DNA of 64,000 nt, taken from Lingula anatina. Taxonomy: Eukaryota; Animalia; Brachiopoda. This document shows positions 1 through 12,225 of the stretch, in pieces; the stretch's first letter is position 1, and each line of letters begins with the position of its first letter. The stretch spans positions 8,990,001-9,054,000 of the forward strand of contig CM120646.1 in NCBI GenBank assembly GCA_051362555.1, read 5' to 3'. A program made the position numbers and the translations under genes. The notes under the pieces are model-generated. The model did not search any database, had not been told where the DNA came from, and saw only the letters and a program-made list of their open reading frames with translations.

Positions 1-275
1 CAAATCTTGTCCAATATTTTTCAAATTTGGACAGATGATGCATAACAACAATAAAAATCTGTGATAAGCTCATCAGTTGAATGTGTCTCATGAAAAAGAA
101 TTTTCAGAGCATATAAATGTGAAAAAACTGAAAATGACATTGCAAAGACTGCAAAATTCCATGGCTTAGAATAGTTAAACGTTAATAATTTTCACAAAAC
201 ATTTTCAATATTTGTGAAATTTGGAGAGATGATGCTTAACAATATCAAAAATCTGTGATAAGTTTAACAGTTGAC

Positions 276-823
276 AGTGTGTGATAGAATTGTAGTTGTT
301 TGACATATTGTATGCGAAGAGTGAGAATTATCTACAATATTTTTTTTTCAATTTCACAACATCTAATTAGACTCACATTAAACATCAAATATTATGATTT
401 GAGTTTGTTTGTGTAAGAGGTGACAAATTACCCATAATTTTCCTCTGGAAAAGAATATATACCCATTTAAGACATCTCCTTACTACCAATACCAGATGCA
501 GATTCCTCCTTACAATCGGTTTCTGGAATAGGGTTTAGCACACCATTTGACAATGTCCTAAAGCTTGCCATATATCATCTATTGTACACATGGATGAGAC
601 ATAGCATTGCTCTTGCTGTTGTCTTTTGCTGTCTGTTTTTTCTATAGGAATTAGCCCTGACCAGACAGGAAAAATCAGTTCACCAAAAAAGCCATCACGC
701 TGTATGGAAAAGGTTACCTGGAAAAAGAACAATATGTTTGATAAAAGTGAAAATTAAATTCTAAAAATTGACAAATTTCCCACACTAAAATAGATGAACA
801 ATAATTTTGATAAACTTAACCTA
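276..823. repeat. Representative cassette (~550 bp; 36 full cores in the window) interrupting a monomer
   Basis: The monomer sequence breaks after AACAGTTGAC (266-275) and resumes at AACAGTTGAC (824-833). Between them lie an AT-rich flank, a more GC-rich core (~440-720) and a strongly diverged monomer fragment (~737-817). Confidence 0.92.
535..717 (-). pseudogene. Exon-like coding fragment (VTFSIQRDGFFGELI[L/F]PVWSGLIPIEKTDSKRQQQEQCYVSSMCTID[D/G]IWQALGHCQMVC*), representative of 34 in-frame copies; product unknown
   Basis: The minus strand reads ttgttctttttccag|GTAACC, a polypyrimidine tract plus CAG acceptor, followed by 60 sense codons and TAA. The MFFFQ/MLFFFQ start in the ORF track is the translated pyrimidine tract. 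No upstream exon or secure start codon is present in the repeat unit. Confidence 0.4.
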
Positions 824-3800
824 AACAGTTGACTATGACTAACAAAAAGGATATTTTCAGAACATATAAATTTGAGAAATACTGAAAATGACATTGAAAA
901 GACTGCCAAATGCGGTGCCTTAAAATAGTTAATTGTTAATAATTTTCACAAACCTTGTCCAATATTTTTCAAATTTGGACAGATGATGCATAACAATAAT
1001 AAAAATCTGTGATAAGCTCATCAGTTGAATGTGTCTCATGAAAAAGAATTTTCAGAGCATATAAATGTGAAAAAACTGAAAATGACATTGCAAAGACTGC
1101 AAAATTCCATGGCTTAAAATAGTTAAACTTTAATATTTTTCACAAATCTTGTCTAATATTTGTGAAATTTGGACAGATGAAGCATAACAACAATAAAAAA
1201 ATGTGATTAGCTCATCAGTTTACTGTGTTTCATGAAAAGCATTTTTGAGAGCATATAAATGTGAGAAAACTGAAAATGACATTGCAAAGACTGCAAAATT
1301 CCATGGCTTAAAATAGCTAAATGTTAATAATTTTCACAAATCTTGTCTAATATTTGTGGAATTTGGAGAGATGATGCTTAACAATAATAAAAATCTGTGA
1401 TAAGCTCATCAGTTTACTGTGTCTCATGAAAAACATTTTTTTTTTGGACAATAAATTTGAGAAAACTGAAAATAACACTGAAACGACTGCCAAATTCCAT
1501 GGCTTAAAATAGTTAAACGTTAATAATTTTTACAAATCTTGTCCAATATTTTTCAAATTTGGACAGATGATGCATAACAACAATAAAAATCTGTGATAAG
1601 CTCATCAGTTGAATGTGTCTCATGAAAAAGAATTTTCAGAGCATATAAATGTGAAAAAACTGAAAATGACATTGCAAAGACTGCAAAATTCCATGGCTTA
1701 GAATAGTTAAACGTTAATAATTTTCACAAAACATTTTCAATATTTGTGAAATTTGGAGAGATGATGCTTAACAATATCAAAAATCTGTGATAAGTTTAAC
1801 AGTTGACAGTGTGTGATAGAATTGTAGTTGTTTGACATATTGTATGCGAAGAGTGAGAATTATCTACAATATTTTTTTTTCAATTTCACAACATCTAATT
1901 AGACTCACATTAAACATCAAATATTATGATTTGAGTTTGTTTGTGTAAGAGGTGACAAATTACCCATAATTTTCCTCTGGAAAAGAATATATACCCATTT
2001 AAGACATCTCCTTACTACCAATACCAGATGCAGATTCCTCCTTACAATCGGTTTCTGGAATAGGGTTTAGCACACCATTTGACAATGTCCTAAAGCTTGC
2101 CATATATCATCTATTGTACACATGGATGAGACATAGCATTGCTCTTGCTGTTGTCTTTTGCTGTCTGTTTTTTCTATAGGAATTAGCCCTGACCAGACAG
2201 GAAGAATCAGTTCACCAAAAAAGCCATCACGCTGTATGGAAAAGGTCACCTGGAAAAAGAACAACATGTTTGATAAAAGTGAAAATTAAATTCTAAAAAT
2301 TGACAAATTTCCCACACTAAAATAGATGAACAATAATTTTGATAAACTTAACCTAATGGTTGACTATGTCTAATAAAAAGGATATTTTCAGAACATATAA
2401 ATTTGAGAAATACTGAAAATGACATTGAAAAGACTGCAAAATGCGGTGCCTTAAAATAGTTAAATGTTAATAATTTTCACAAATCTTGTGCAATATTTGT
2501 GGAATTTGGAGAGATGATGCTTAACAATAATAAAAATCTGTGATAAGCTCATCAGTTGAATGTGTCTCATGAAAAAGAATTTTCAGAGCATATAAATGTG
2601 ACAAAACTGAAAATGACACTGAAAAGACTGCCAAATGCGGTGCCTTAAAATAGTTAAATGTTAATAATATTCACAAATCTTGTCCAATATTTGTGGAATT
2701 TAGAGAGATGAAGCATAACAACAATAAAAATCTGTGATAAGCTCAACAGTTGACTGTGTCTCATAAAAAATATTTTTTTGGACAATAAATTTGAGAAAAC
2801 TGAAAATGACATTGAAAAGACTGCTAAATTCCATGGCTTAAAATAGTTAAACGTTAATAATTTTCACAAATCTTGTCTAATATTTGTGAAATTTGGACAG
2901 ATGATGCATAACAATAATAAAAATCTGTGAAAAGCTCGTCAAATGAATGTCTCATGAAAAAGAATTTTCAGAGCATATAAATGTGAGAAAACTGAAAATG
3001 ACACTAAAAAGACTGCAAAATTCCAAGGTATCAAATAGTTAAACATTAATATTTTTCACAAATCTTGTCCAATATTTGTGGGATTTGGAGAGATGCTGAT
3101 TAACCATAATAAAAATCTGTGATAAGCTCATCAGTTGACTCTGTCTCATTAAAAAGATATTTTTGGACAATAAATTTGAGAAAATTGAAAATGACACTGA
3201 GAAGACTGCAAAAGGCGGTGCCTTAAAAAAGTTAAACGTTAATAATTTTCACAAAACTTGTTCAATATTTGTGAAATTTGGAGAGATGATGCTTAACAAT
3301 AACAAAAATCTGTGATAAGTTTAACAGTTGACAGTGTGTGACAGAATTGTAGTTGTTTGACATTTTGTATGCGAAGAGTGAGAATTATCTACAATATTTT
3401 TTTTTCAATTTCACAACATCTAATTGGACTCACATTAAACATCAAATATTATGATTTGAGTTTGTTTGTGTAAGAGGTGACAAATTACCCATAATTTTCC
3501 TCTGGAAAAGAATATATACCCATTTAAGACATCTCCTAACTACCAATACCAGATGCAGATTCCTCCTTACAATCGGTTTCTGGAATAGGGTTTAGCACAC
3601 CATTTGACAATGTCCTAAAGCTTGCCATATACCATCTATTGTACACATGGATGAGACATAGCATTGCTCTTGCTGTTGTCTTTTGCTGTCTGTTTTTTCT
3701 ATAGGAATTAGCCCTGACCAGACAGGAAGAATCAGTTCACCAAAAAAGCCATCACGCTGTATGGAAAAGGTTACCTGGAAAAAGAACAATATGTTTGATA

Positions 3801-4206
3801 AAAGTGAAAATTAAATTCTAAAAATTGACAAATTTCCCACACTAAAATAGATGAACAATAATTTTGATAAAGTTAACCTAAACAGTTGACTATGACTAAC
3901 AAAAAGGATATTTTCAGAACATATAAATTTGAGAAATACTGAAAATGACATTGAAAAGACTGCCAAATGCGGTGCCTTAAAATAGTTAATTGTTAATAAT
4001 TTTCACAAACCTTGTCCAATATTTTTCAAATTTGGACAGATGATGCATAACAATAATAAAAATCTGTGATAAGCTCATCAGTTGAATGTGTCTCATGAAA
4101 AAGAATTTTCAGAGCATATAAATGTGACAAAACTGAAAATGACACTAAAAAGACTGCAAAATTCCAAGGTATCAAATAGTTAAACATTAATATTTTTCAC
4201 AAATCA

Positions 4207-4231
4207 CATCACGCTGTATGGAAAAGGTTAC
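4207..4231 (-). pseudogene. Truncated cassette copy retaining only the acceptor and the first 25 nt of the exon-like segment
   Basis: The junction ttttcacaaatc-a-catcacgctgtatgg at 4205-4207 fuses a monomer directly to the inside of the cassette. Confidence 0.85.
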
Positions 4232-7200
4232 CTGGAAAAAGAACAATATGTTTGATAAAAGTGAAAATTAAATTCTAAAAATTGACAAATTTCCCACACT
4301 AAAATAGATGAACAATAATTTTGATAAACTTAACCTAAACAGTTGACTAATACTAACAAAAAGGATATTTTCAGAACATATAAATTTGAGAAATACTGAA
4401 AATGACATTGAAAAGACTGCCAAATGCGGTGCCTTAAAATAGTTAAATGTTAATAATTTTCACAAATCTTGTCCAATATTTTTCAAATTTGGACAGATGA
4501 TGCATAACAATAATAAAAATCTGTGATAAGCTCAACAGTTGACTGTGTCTCATTAAAAAGGTCTTTTTGGACAAAATTTGAGAAAATTGAAAATGACACT
4601 GACTGCAAAAGGTGGTGCCTTAAAATAGTTAAACGTTAATAGTTTTCACAAAACTAGTTCAATATTTGTGAAATTTGGATAGATGATGCATAACAACATT
4701 AAAAATATGTGATAAGCTCAACAGTTGACCGTGTCTCATAAAAAATATTTTTTTGGACAATAAAATTGAGAATACTGAAAATGACATTGAAAAGACTGCA
4801 AAATGCGGTGCCTTAAAATAGTTAAACATTAATAGTTTTCACAAAACTAGTTCAATATTTTTGAAATTTGGAGAGATGATGCATAACAATAACAAAAATC
4901 TGTGATAAGTTTAACAGTTGACAGTGTGTGACAGAATTGTATTTGTTTGACATTTTGTATGCGAAGAGTGAGAATTATCTACAAGATTTTTTTTTCAATT
5001 TCACAACATCTAATTAGACTCACATTAAACATCAAATATTATGATTTGAGTTTGTTTGTGTAAGAGGTGACAAATTACCCATAATTTTCCTCTGGAAAAG
5101 AATATATACCCATTTAAGACATCTCCTTACTACCAATACCAGATGCAGATTCCTCCTTTCAATCGGTTTCTGGAATTGAGGTTTAGCACACCATTTGACA
5201 ATGTCCTAAAGCTTGCCATATACCATCTATTGTACACATGGATGAGACATAGCATTGTTCTTGCTGTTGTCTTTTGCTGTCTGTTTTTTCTATAGGAATT
5301 AGCCCTGACCAGACAGGAAGAATCAGTTCACCAAAAAAGCCATCACGCTGTATGGAAAAGGTCACCTGGAAAAAGAACAACATGTTTGATAAAAGTGAAA
5401 ACTAAATTCTAAAGATTGACAAATTTCCCACACTAAAATAATTGAACAATAATTTTGATAAACTTAACCTAATGGTTGACTATGTCTAATAAAAAGGATA
5501 TTTTCAGAACATATAAATTTGAGAAATACTGAAAATGACATTGAAAAGACTGCAAAATGCGGTGCCTTAAAATAGTTAAATGTTAATAATTTTCACAAAT
5601 CTTGTGCAATATTTGTGGAATTTGGAGAGATGATGCTTAACAATAATAAAAATCTGTGATAAGCTCATCAGTTGAATGTGTCTCATGAAAAAGAATTTTC
5701 AGAGCATATAAATGTGACAAAACTGAAAATGACACTGAAAAGACTGCCAAATGCGGTGCCTTAAAATAGTTAAATGTTAATAATATTCACAAATCTTGTC
5801 CAATATTTGTGGAATTTGGAGAGATGAAGCATAACAACAATAAAAATCTGTGATAAGCTCAACAGTTGACTGTGTCTCATAAAAAATATTTTTTTGAACA
5901 ATAAATTTGAGCAAACTGAAAATGACATTGAAAAGACTGCTAAATTCCATGGCTTAAAATAGTTAAACGTTAATAATTTTTACAAATCTTGTCTAATATT
6001 TATGAAATTTGGACAGATGATGCATAACAATAATAAAAATCTGCGATAAGTTATCAGTTGAATGTGTCTCATTAAAAAGAATTTTCAGAGCATATAAATG
6101 TGAAAAAACTGAAAATGACATTGCAAAGACTGCAAAATTCCATGGCTTAGAATAGTTAAACGTTAATAATTTTCACAAAACATTTTCAATATTTGTGAAA
6201 TTTGGAGAGATGATGCTTTACAATATCAAAAATCTGTGATAAGTTTAACAGTTGACAGTGTGTGATAGAATTGTAGTTGTTTGACATATTGTATGCGAAG
6301 AGTGAGAATTATCTACAATATTTTTTTTTCAATTTCACAACATCTAATTAGACTCACATTAAACATCAAATATTATGATTTGAGTTTGTTTGTGTAAGAG
6401 GTGACAAATTACCCATAATTTTCCTCTGGAAAAGAATATATACCCATTTAAGACATCTCCTTACTACCAATACCAGATGCAGATTCCTCCTTACAATCGG
6501 TTTCTGGAATAGGGTTTAGCACACCATTTGACAATGTCCTAAAGCTTGCCATATATCATCTATTGTACACATGGATGAGACATAGCATTGCTCTTGCTGT
6601 TGTCTTTTGCTGTCTGTTTTTTCTATAGGAATTAGCCCTGACCAGACAGGAAGAATCAGTTCACCAAAAAAGCCATCACGCTGTATGGAAAAGGTTACCT
6701 GGAAAAAGAACAATATGTTTGATAAAAGTGAAAATTAAATTCTAAAAATTGACAAATTTCCCACACTAAAATAGATGAACAATAATTTTGATAAACTTAA
6801 CCTAAACAGTTGACTATGACTAACAAAAAGGATATTTTCAGAACATATAAATTTGAGAAATACTGAAAATGACATTGAAAAGACTGCCAAATGCGGTGCC
6901 TTAAAATAGTTAATTGTTAATAATTTTCACAAACCTTGTCCAATATTTTTCAAATTTGGACAGATGATGCATAACAATAATAAAAATCTGTGATAAGCTC
7001 ATCAGTTGAATGTGTCTCATGAAAAAGAATTTTCAGAGCATATAAATGTGAAAAAACTGAAAATGACATTGCAAAGACTGCAAAATTCCATGGCTTAAAA
7101 TAGTTAAACTTTAATAATTTTCACAAATCTTGTCTAATATTTGTGAAATTTGGACAGATGATGCATAACAACAATAAAAAAATGTGATTAGCTCATCAGT

Positions 7201-10200
7201 TTACTGTGTTTCATGAAAAACATTTTTGAGAGCATATAAATGTGAGAAAACTGAAAATGACATTGCAAAGACTGCAAAATTCCATGGCTTAAAATAGCTA
7301 TTGGTTAATAATTTTCACAAATCTTGTCTAATATTTGTGGAATTTGGAGAGATGATGCTTAACAATAATAAAAATCTGTGATAAGCTCATCAGTTTACTG
7401 TGTCTCATGAAAAACATTTTTTTTTTTGGACAATAAATTTGAGAAAACTGAAAATAACACTGAAACGACTGCCAAATTCCATGGCTTAAAATAGTTAAAC
7501 GTTAATAATTTTTACAAATCTTGTCCAATATTTTTCAAATTTGGACAGATGATGCATAACAACAATAAAAATCTGTGATAAGCTCATCAGTTGAATGTGT
7601 CTCATGAAAAAGAATTTTCAGAGCATATAAATGTGAAAAAACTGAAAATGACATTGCAAAGACTGCAAAATTCCATGGCTTAGAATAGTTAAACGTTAAT
7701 AATTTTCACAAAACATTTTCAATATTTGTGAAATTTGGAGAGATGATGCTTAACAATATCAAAAATCTGTGATAAGTTTAACAGTTGACAGTGTGTGATA
7801 GAATTGTAGTTGTTTGACATATTGTATGCGAAGAGTGAGAATTATCTACAATATTTTTTTTCAATTTCACAACATCTAATTAGACTCACATTAAACATCA
7901 AATATTATGATTTGAGTTTGTTTGTGTAAGAGGTGACAAATTACCCATAATTTTCCTCTGGAAAAGAATATATACCCATTTAAGACATCTCCTTACTACC
8001 AATACCAGATGCAGATTCCTCCTTACAATCGGTTTCTGGAATAGGGTTTAGCACACCATTTGACAATGTCCTAAAGCTTGCCATATATCATCTATTGTAC
8101 ACATGGATGAGACATAGCATTGCTCTTGCTGTTGTCTTTTGCTGTCTGTTTTTTCTATAGGAATTAGCCCTGACCAGACAGGAAAAATCAGTTCACCAAA
8201 AAAGCCATCACGCTGTATGGAAAAGGTTACCTGGAAAAAGAACAATATGTTTGATAAAAGTGAAAATTAAATTCTAAAAATTGACAAATTTCCCACACTA
8301 AAATAGATGAACAATAATTTTGATAAACTTAACCTAAACAGTTGACTATGACTAACAAAAAGGATATTTTCAGAACATATAAATTTGAGAAATACTGAAA
8401 ATGACATTGAAAAGACTGCCAAATGCGGTGCCTTAAAATAGTTAAATGTTAATAATTTTCACAAATCTTGTGCAATATTTGTGGAATTTGGAGAGATGAT
8501 GCTTAACAATAATAAAAATCTGTGATAAGCTCATCAGTTGAATGTGTCTCATGAAAAAGAATTTTCAGAGCATATAAATGTGACAAAACTGAAAATGACA
8601 CTAAAAAGACTGCAAAATTCCAAGGTATCAAATAGTTAAACATTAATATTTTTCACAAATCTTGTCCAATATTTGTGGGATTTGGAGAGATGATGCTTAA
8701 CAATAATAAAAATCTGTGATAAGCTCATCAGTTGACTCTGTCTCATTAAAAAGATTTTTTTGGACAATAAATTTGAGAAAATTGAAAATGACACTGAGAA
8801 GACTGCAAAAGGCGGTGCCTTAAAAAAGTTAAACGTTAATAATTTTCACAAAACTTGTTCAATATTTGTGAAATTTGGAGAGATGATGCTTAACAATAAC
8901 AAAAATCTGTGATAAGTTTAACAGTTGACAGTGTGTGACAGAATTGTAGTTGTTTGACATTTTGTATGCGAAGAGTGAGAATTATCTACAATATTTTTTT
9001 TTCAATTTCACAACATCTAATTGGACTCACATTAAACATCAAATATTATGATTTGAGTTTGTTTGTGTAAGAGGTGACAAATTACCCATAATTTTCCTCT
9101 GGAAAAGAATATATACCCATTTAAGACATCTCCTAACTACCAATACCAGATGCAGATTCCTCCTTACAATCAGTTTCTGGAATAGGGTTTAGCACACCAT
9201 TTGACAATGTCCTAAAGCTTGCCATATACCATCTATTGTACACATGGATGAGACATAGCATTGCTCTTGCTGTTGTCTTTTGCTGTCTGTTTTTTCTATA
9301 GGAATTAGCCCTGACCAGACAGGAAGAATCAGTTCACCAAAAAAGCCATCACGCTGTATGGAAAAGGTTACCTGGAAAAAGAACAATATGTTTGATAAAA
9401 GTGAAAATTAAATTCTAAAAATTGACAAATTTCCCACACTAAAATAGATGAACAATAATTTTGATAAACTTAACCTAAACAGTTGACTAATACTAACAAA
9501 AAGGATATTTTCAGAACATATAAATTTGAGAAATACTGAAAATGACATTGAAAAGACTGCCAAATGCGGTGCCTTAAAATAGTTAAATGTTAATAATTTT
9601 CACAAATCTTGTCCAATATTTTTCAAATTTGGACAGATGATGCATAACAATAATAAAAATCTGTGATAAGCTCAACAGTTGACTGTGTCTCATTAAAAAG
9701 GTTTTTTTGGACAAAATTTGAGAAAATTGAAAATGACACTGACTGCAAAAGGTGGTGCCTTAAAATAGTTAAACGTTAATAGTTTTCACAAAACTAGTTC
9801 AATATTTGTGAAATTTGGATAGATGATGCATAACAACATTAAAAATATGTGATAAGCTCAACAGTTGACTGTGTCTCATAAAAAATATTTTTTTGGACAA
9901 TAAAATTGAGAATACTGAAAATGACATTGAAAAGACTGCAAAATGCGGTGCCTTAAAATAGTTAAACATTAATAGTTTTCACAAAACTAGTTCAATATTT
10001 TTGAAATTTGGAGAGATGATGCATAACAATAACAAAAATCTGTGATAAGTTTAACAGTTGACAGTGTGTGACAGAATTGTATTTGTTTGACATTTTGTAT
10101 GCGAAGAGTGAGAATTATCTACAAGATTTTTTTTTCAATTTCACAACATCTAATTAGACTCACATTAAACATCAAATATTATGATTTGAGTTTGTTTGTG

Positions 10201-10322
10201 TAAGAGGTGACAAATTACCCATAATTTTCCTCTGGAAAAGAATATATACCCATTTAAGACATCTCCTTACTACCAATACCAGATGCAGATTCCTCCTTTC
10301 AATCGGTTTCTGGAATTGAGGT

Positions 10323-10506
10323 TTAGCACACCATTTGACAATGTCCTAAAGCTTGCCATATACCATCTATTGTACACATGGATGAGACATAGCATTGTTC
10401 TTGCTGTTGTCTTTTGCTGTCTGTTTTTTCTATAGGAATTAGCCCTGACCAGACAGGAAGAATCAGTTCACCAAAAAAGCCATCACGCTGTATGGAAAAA
10501 GGTCAC
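10323..10506 (-). pseudogene. Frameshifted cassette copy (+1 A in a homopolymer)
   Basis: tggaaaaaggtcacc replaces tggaaaaggtcacc, giving 184 nt instead of 183. The copy is absent from the ORF track. It could be a homopolymer sequencing error. Confidence 0.7.
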
Positions 10507-12041
10507 CTGGAAAAAAAACAACATGTTTGATAAAAGTGAAAATTAAATTCTAAAAATTGACAAATTTCCCACACTAAAATAGTTGAACAATAATTTTGAT
10601 AAACTTAACCTAATGGTTGACTATGTCTAATAAAAAGGATATTTTCAGAACATATAAATTTGAGAAATACTGAAAATGACATTGAAAAGACTGCAAAATG
10701 CGGTGCCTTAAAATAGTTAAATGTTAATAATTTTCACAAATCTTGTGCAATATTTGTGGAATTTGGAGAGATGATGCTTAACAATAATAAAAATCTGTGA
10801 TAAGCTCATCAGTTGAATGTGTCTCATGAAAAAGAATTTTCAGAGCATATAAATGTGACAAAACTGAAAATGACACTGAAAAGACTGCCAAATGCGGTGC
10901 CTTAAAATAGTTAAATGTTAATAATATTCACAAATCTTGTCCAATATTTGTGGAATTTGGAGAGATGAAGCATAACAACAATAAAAATCTGTGATAAGCT
11001 CAACAGTTGACTGTGTCTCATAAAAAATATTTTTTTGAACAATAAATTTGAGCAAACTGAAAATGACATTGAAAAGACTGCTAAATTCCATGGCTTAAAA
11101 TAGTTAAACGTTAATAATTTTCACAAATATTGTCTAATATTTGTGAAATTTGGACAGATGATGCATAACAATAATTAAAATCTGTGAAAAGCTCATCAAA
11201 TGAATGTGTCTCATGAAAAAGAATTTTCAGAGCATATAAATGTGAGAAAACTGAAAATGACACTAAAAAGACTGCAAAATTCCAAGGTATCAAATAGTTA
11301 AACATTAATATTTTTCACAAATCTTGTCCAATATTTGTGGAATTTGGAGAGATGATGCTTAACCATAATAAAAATCTGTGATAAGCTCATCAGTTGACTG
11401 TGTCTCATTAAAAATATTTTTTTGGACAATAAATTTGAGAAAACTGAAAATAACACTGAAACGACTGCCAAATTCCATGGCTTAAAATAGTTAAACGTTA
11501 ATAATTTTTACAAATCTTGTCTAATATTTATGAAATTTGGACAGATGATGCATAACAATAATAAAAATCTGCAATAAGCTCATCAGTTGAATGTGTCTCA
11601 TTAAAAAGAATTTTCAGAGCATATAAATGTGAAAAAACTGAAAATGACATTGCAAAGACTGCAAAATTCCATGGCTTAGAATAGTTAAACGTTAATAATT
11701 TTCACAAAACATGTTCAATATTTGTGAATTTTGGAGAGATGATGCTTAACAATATCAAAAATCTGTGATAAGTTTAACAGTTGACAGTGTGTGATAGAAT
11801 TGTATTTGTTTGACATATTGTATGCGAAGAGTGAGAATTATCTAAAATATTTTTTTTTCAATTTCACATCTAATTAGACTCACATTAAACATCAAATATT
11901 ATGATTTGAGTTTGTTTGTGTAAGAGGTGACAAATTACCCATAATTTTCCTCTGGAAAAGAATATATACCCATTTAAGACATCTCCTTACTACCAATACC
12001 AGATGCAGATTCCTCCTTACAATCGGTTTCTGGAATAGGTT

Positions 12042-12225
12042 TTAGCACACCATTTGACAATGTCCTAAAGCTTGCCATATACCATCTATTGTACACATGG
12101 ATGAGACATAGCATTGTTCTTGCTGTTGTCTTTTGCTGTCTGTTTTTTTCTATAGGAATTAGCCCTGACCAGACAGGAAGAATCAGTTCACCAAAAAAGC
12201 CATCACGCTGTATGGAAAAGGTTAC
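12042..12225 (-). pseudogene. Frameshifted cassette copy (+1 T), producing the 89-aa ORF 11974..12243
   Basis: ctgtttttttctatagg has 7 T rather than 6, so translation switches frame after PIEK. It could be a homopolymer sequencing error. Confidence 0.7.

Noticed and set aside
432-443. Minus-strand micro-exon (ttcttttccag|AGGAAAATTATG|ggtaattt region)
   Set aside because: The acceptor is plausible, but using the GTAATT donor gives a very short exon with a weak donor and no supporting evidence. It is likely chance or a relic.
718-735. MFFFQ/MLFFFQ as the N-terminus of a standalone 65-66 aa gene
   Set aside because: The start is TTG in most copies and ATG only in type B. The sequence is better explained as a splice-acceptor pyrimidine tract.
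276-823. Cassette as a tandem RNA gene (5S, tRNA, snRNA, spliced leader) or histone repeat
   Set aside because: I recognised no A/B/C boxes, cloverleaf, known snRNA sequence or histone coding sequence. An Infernal/Rfam scan would be needed to exclude an unknown ncRNA.
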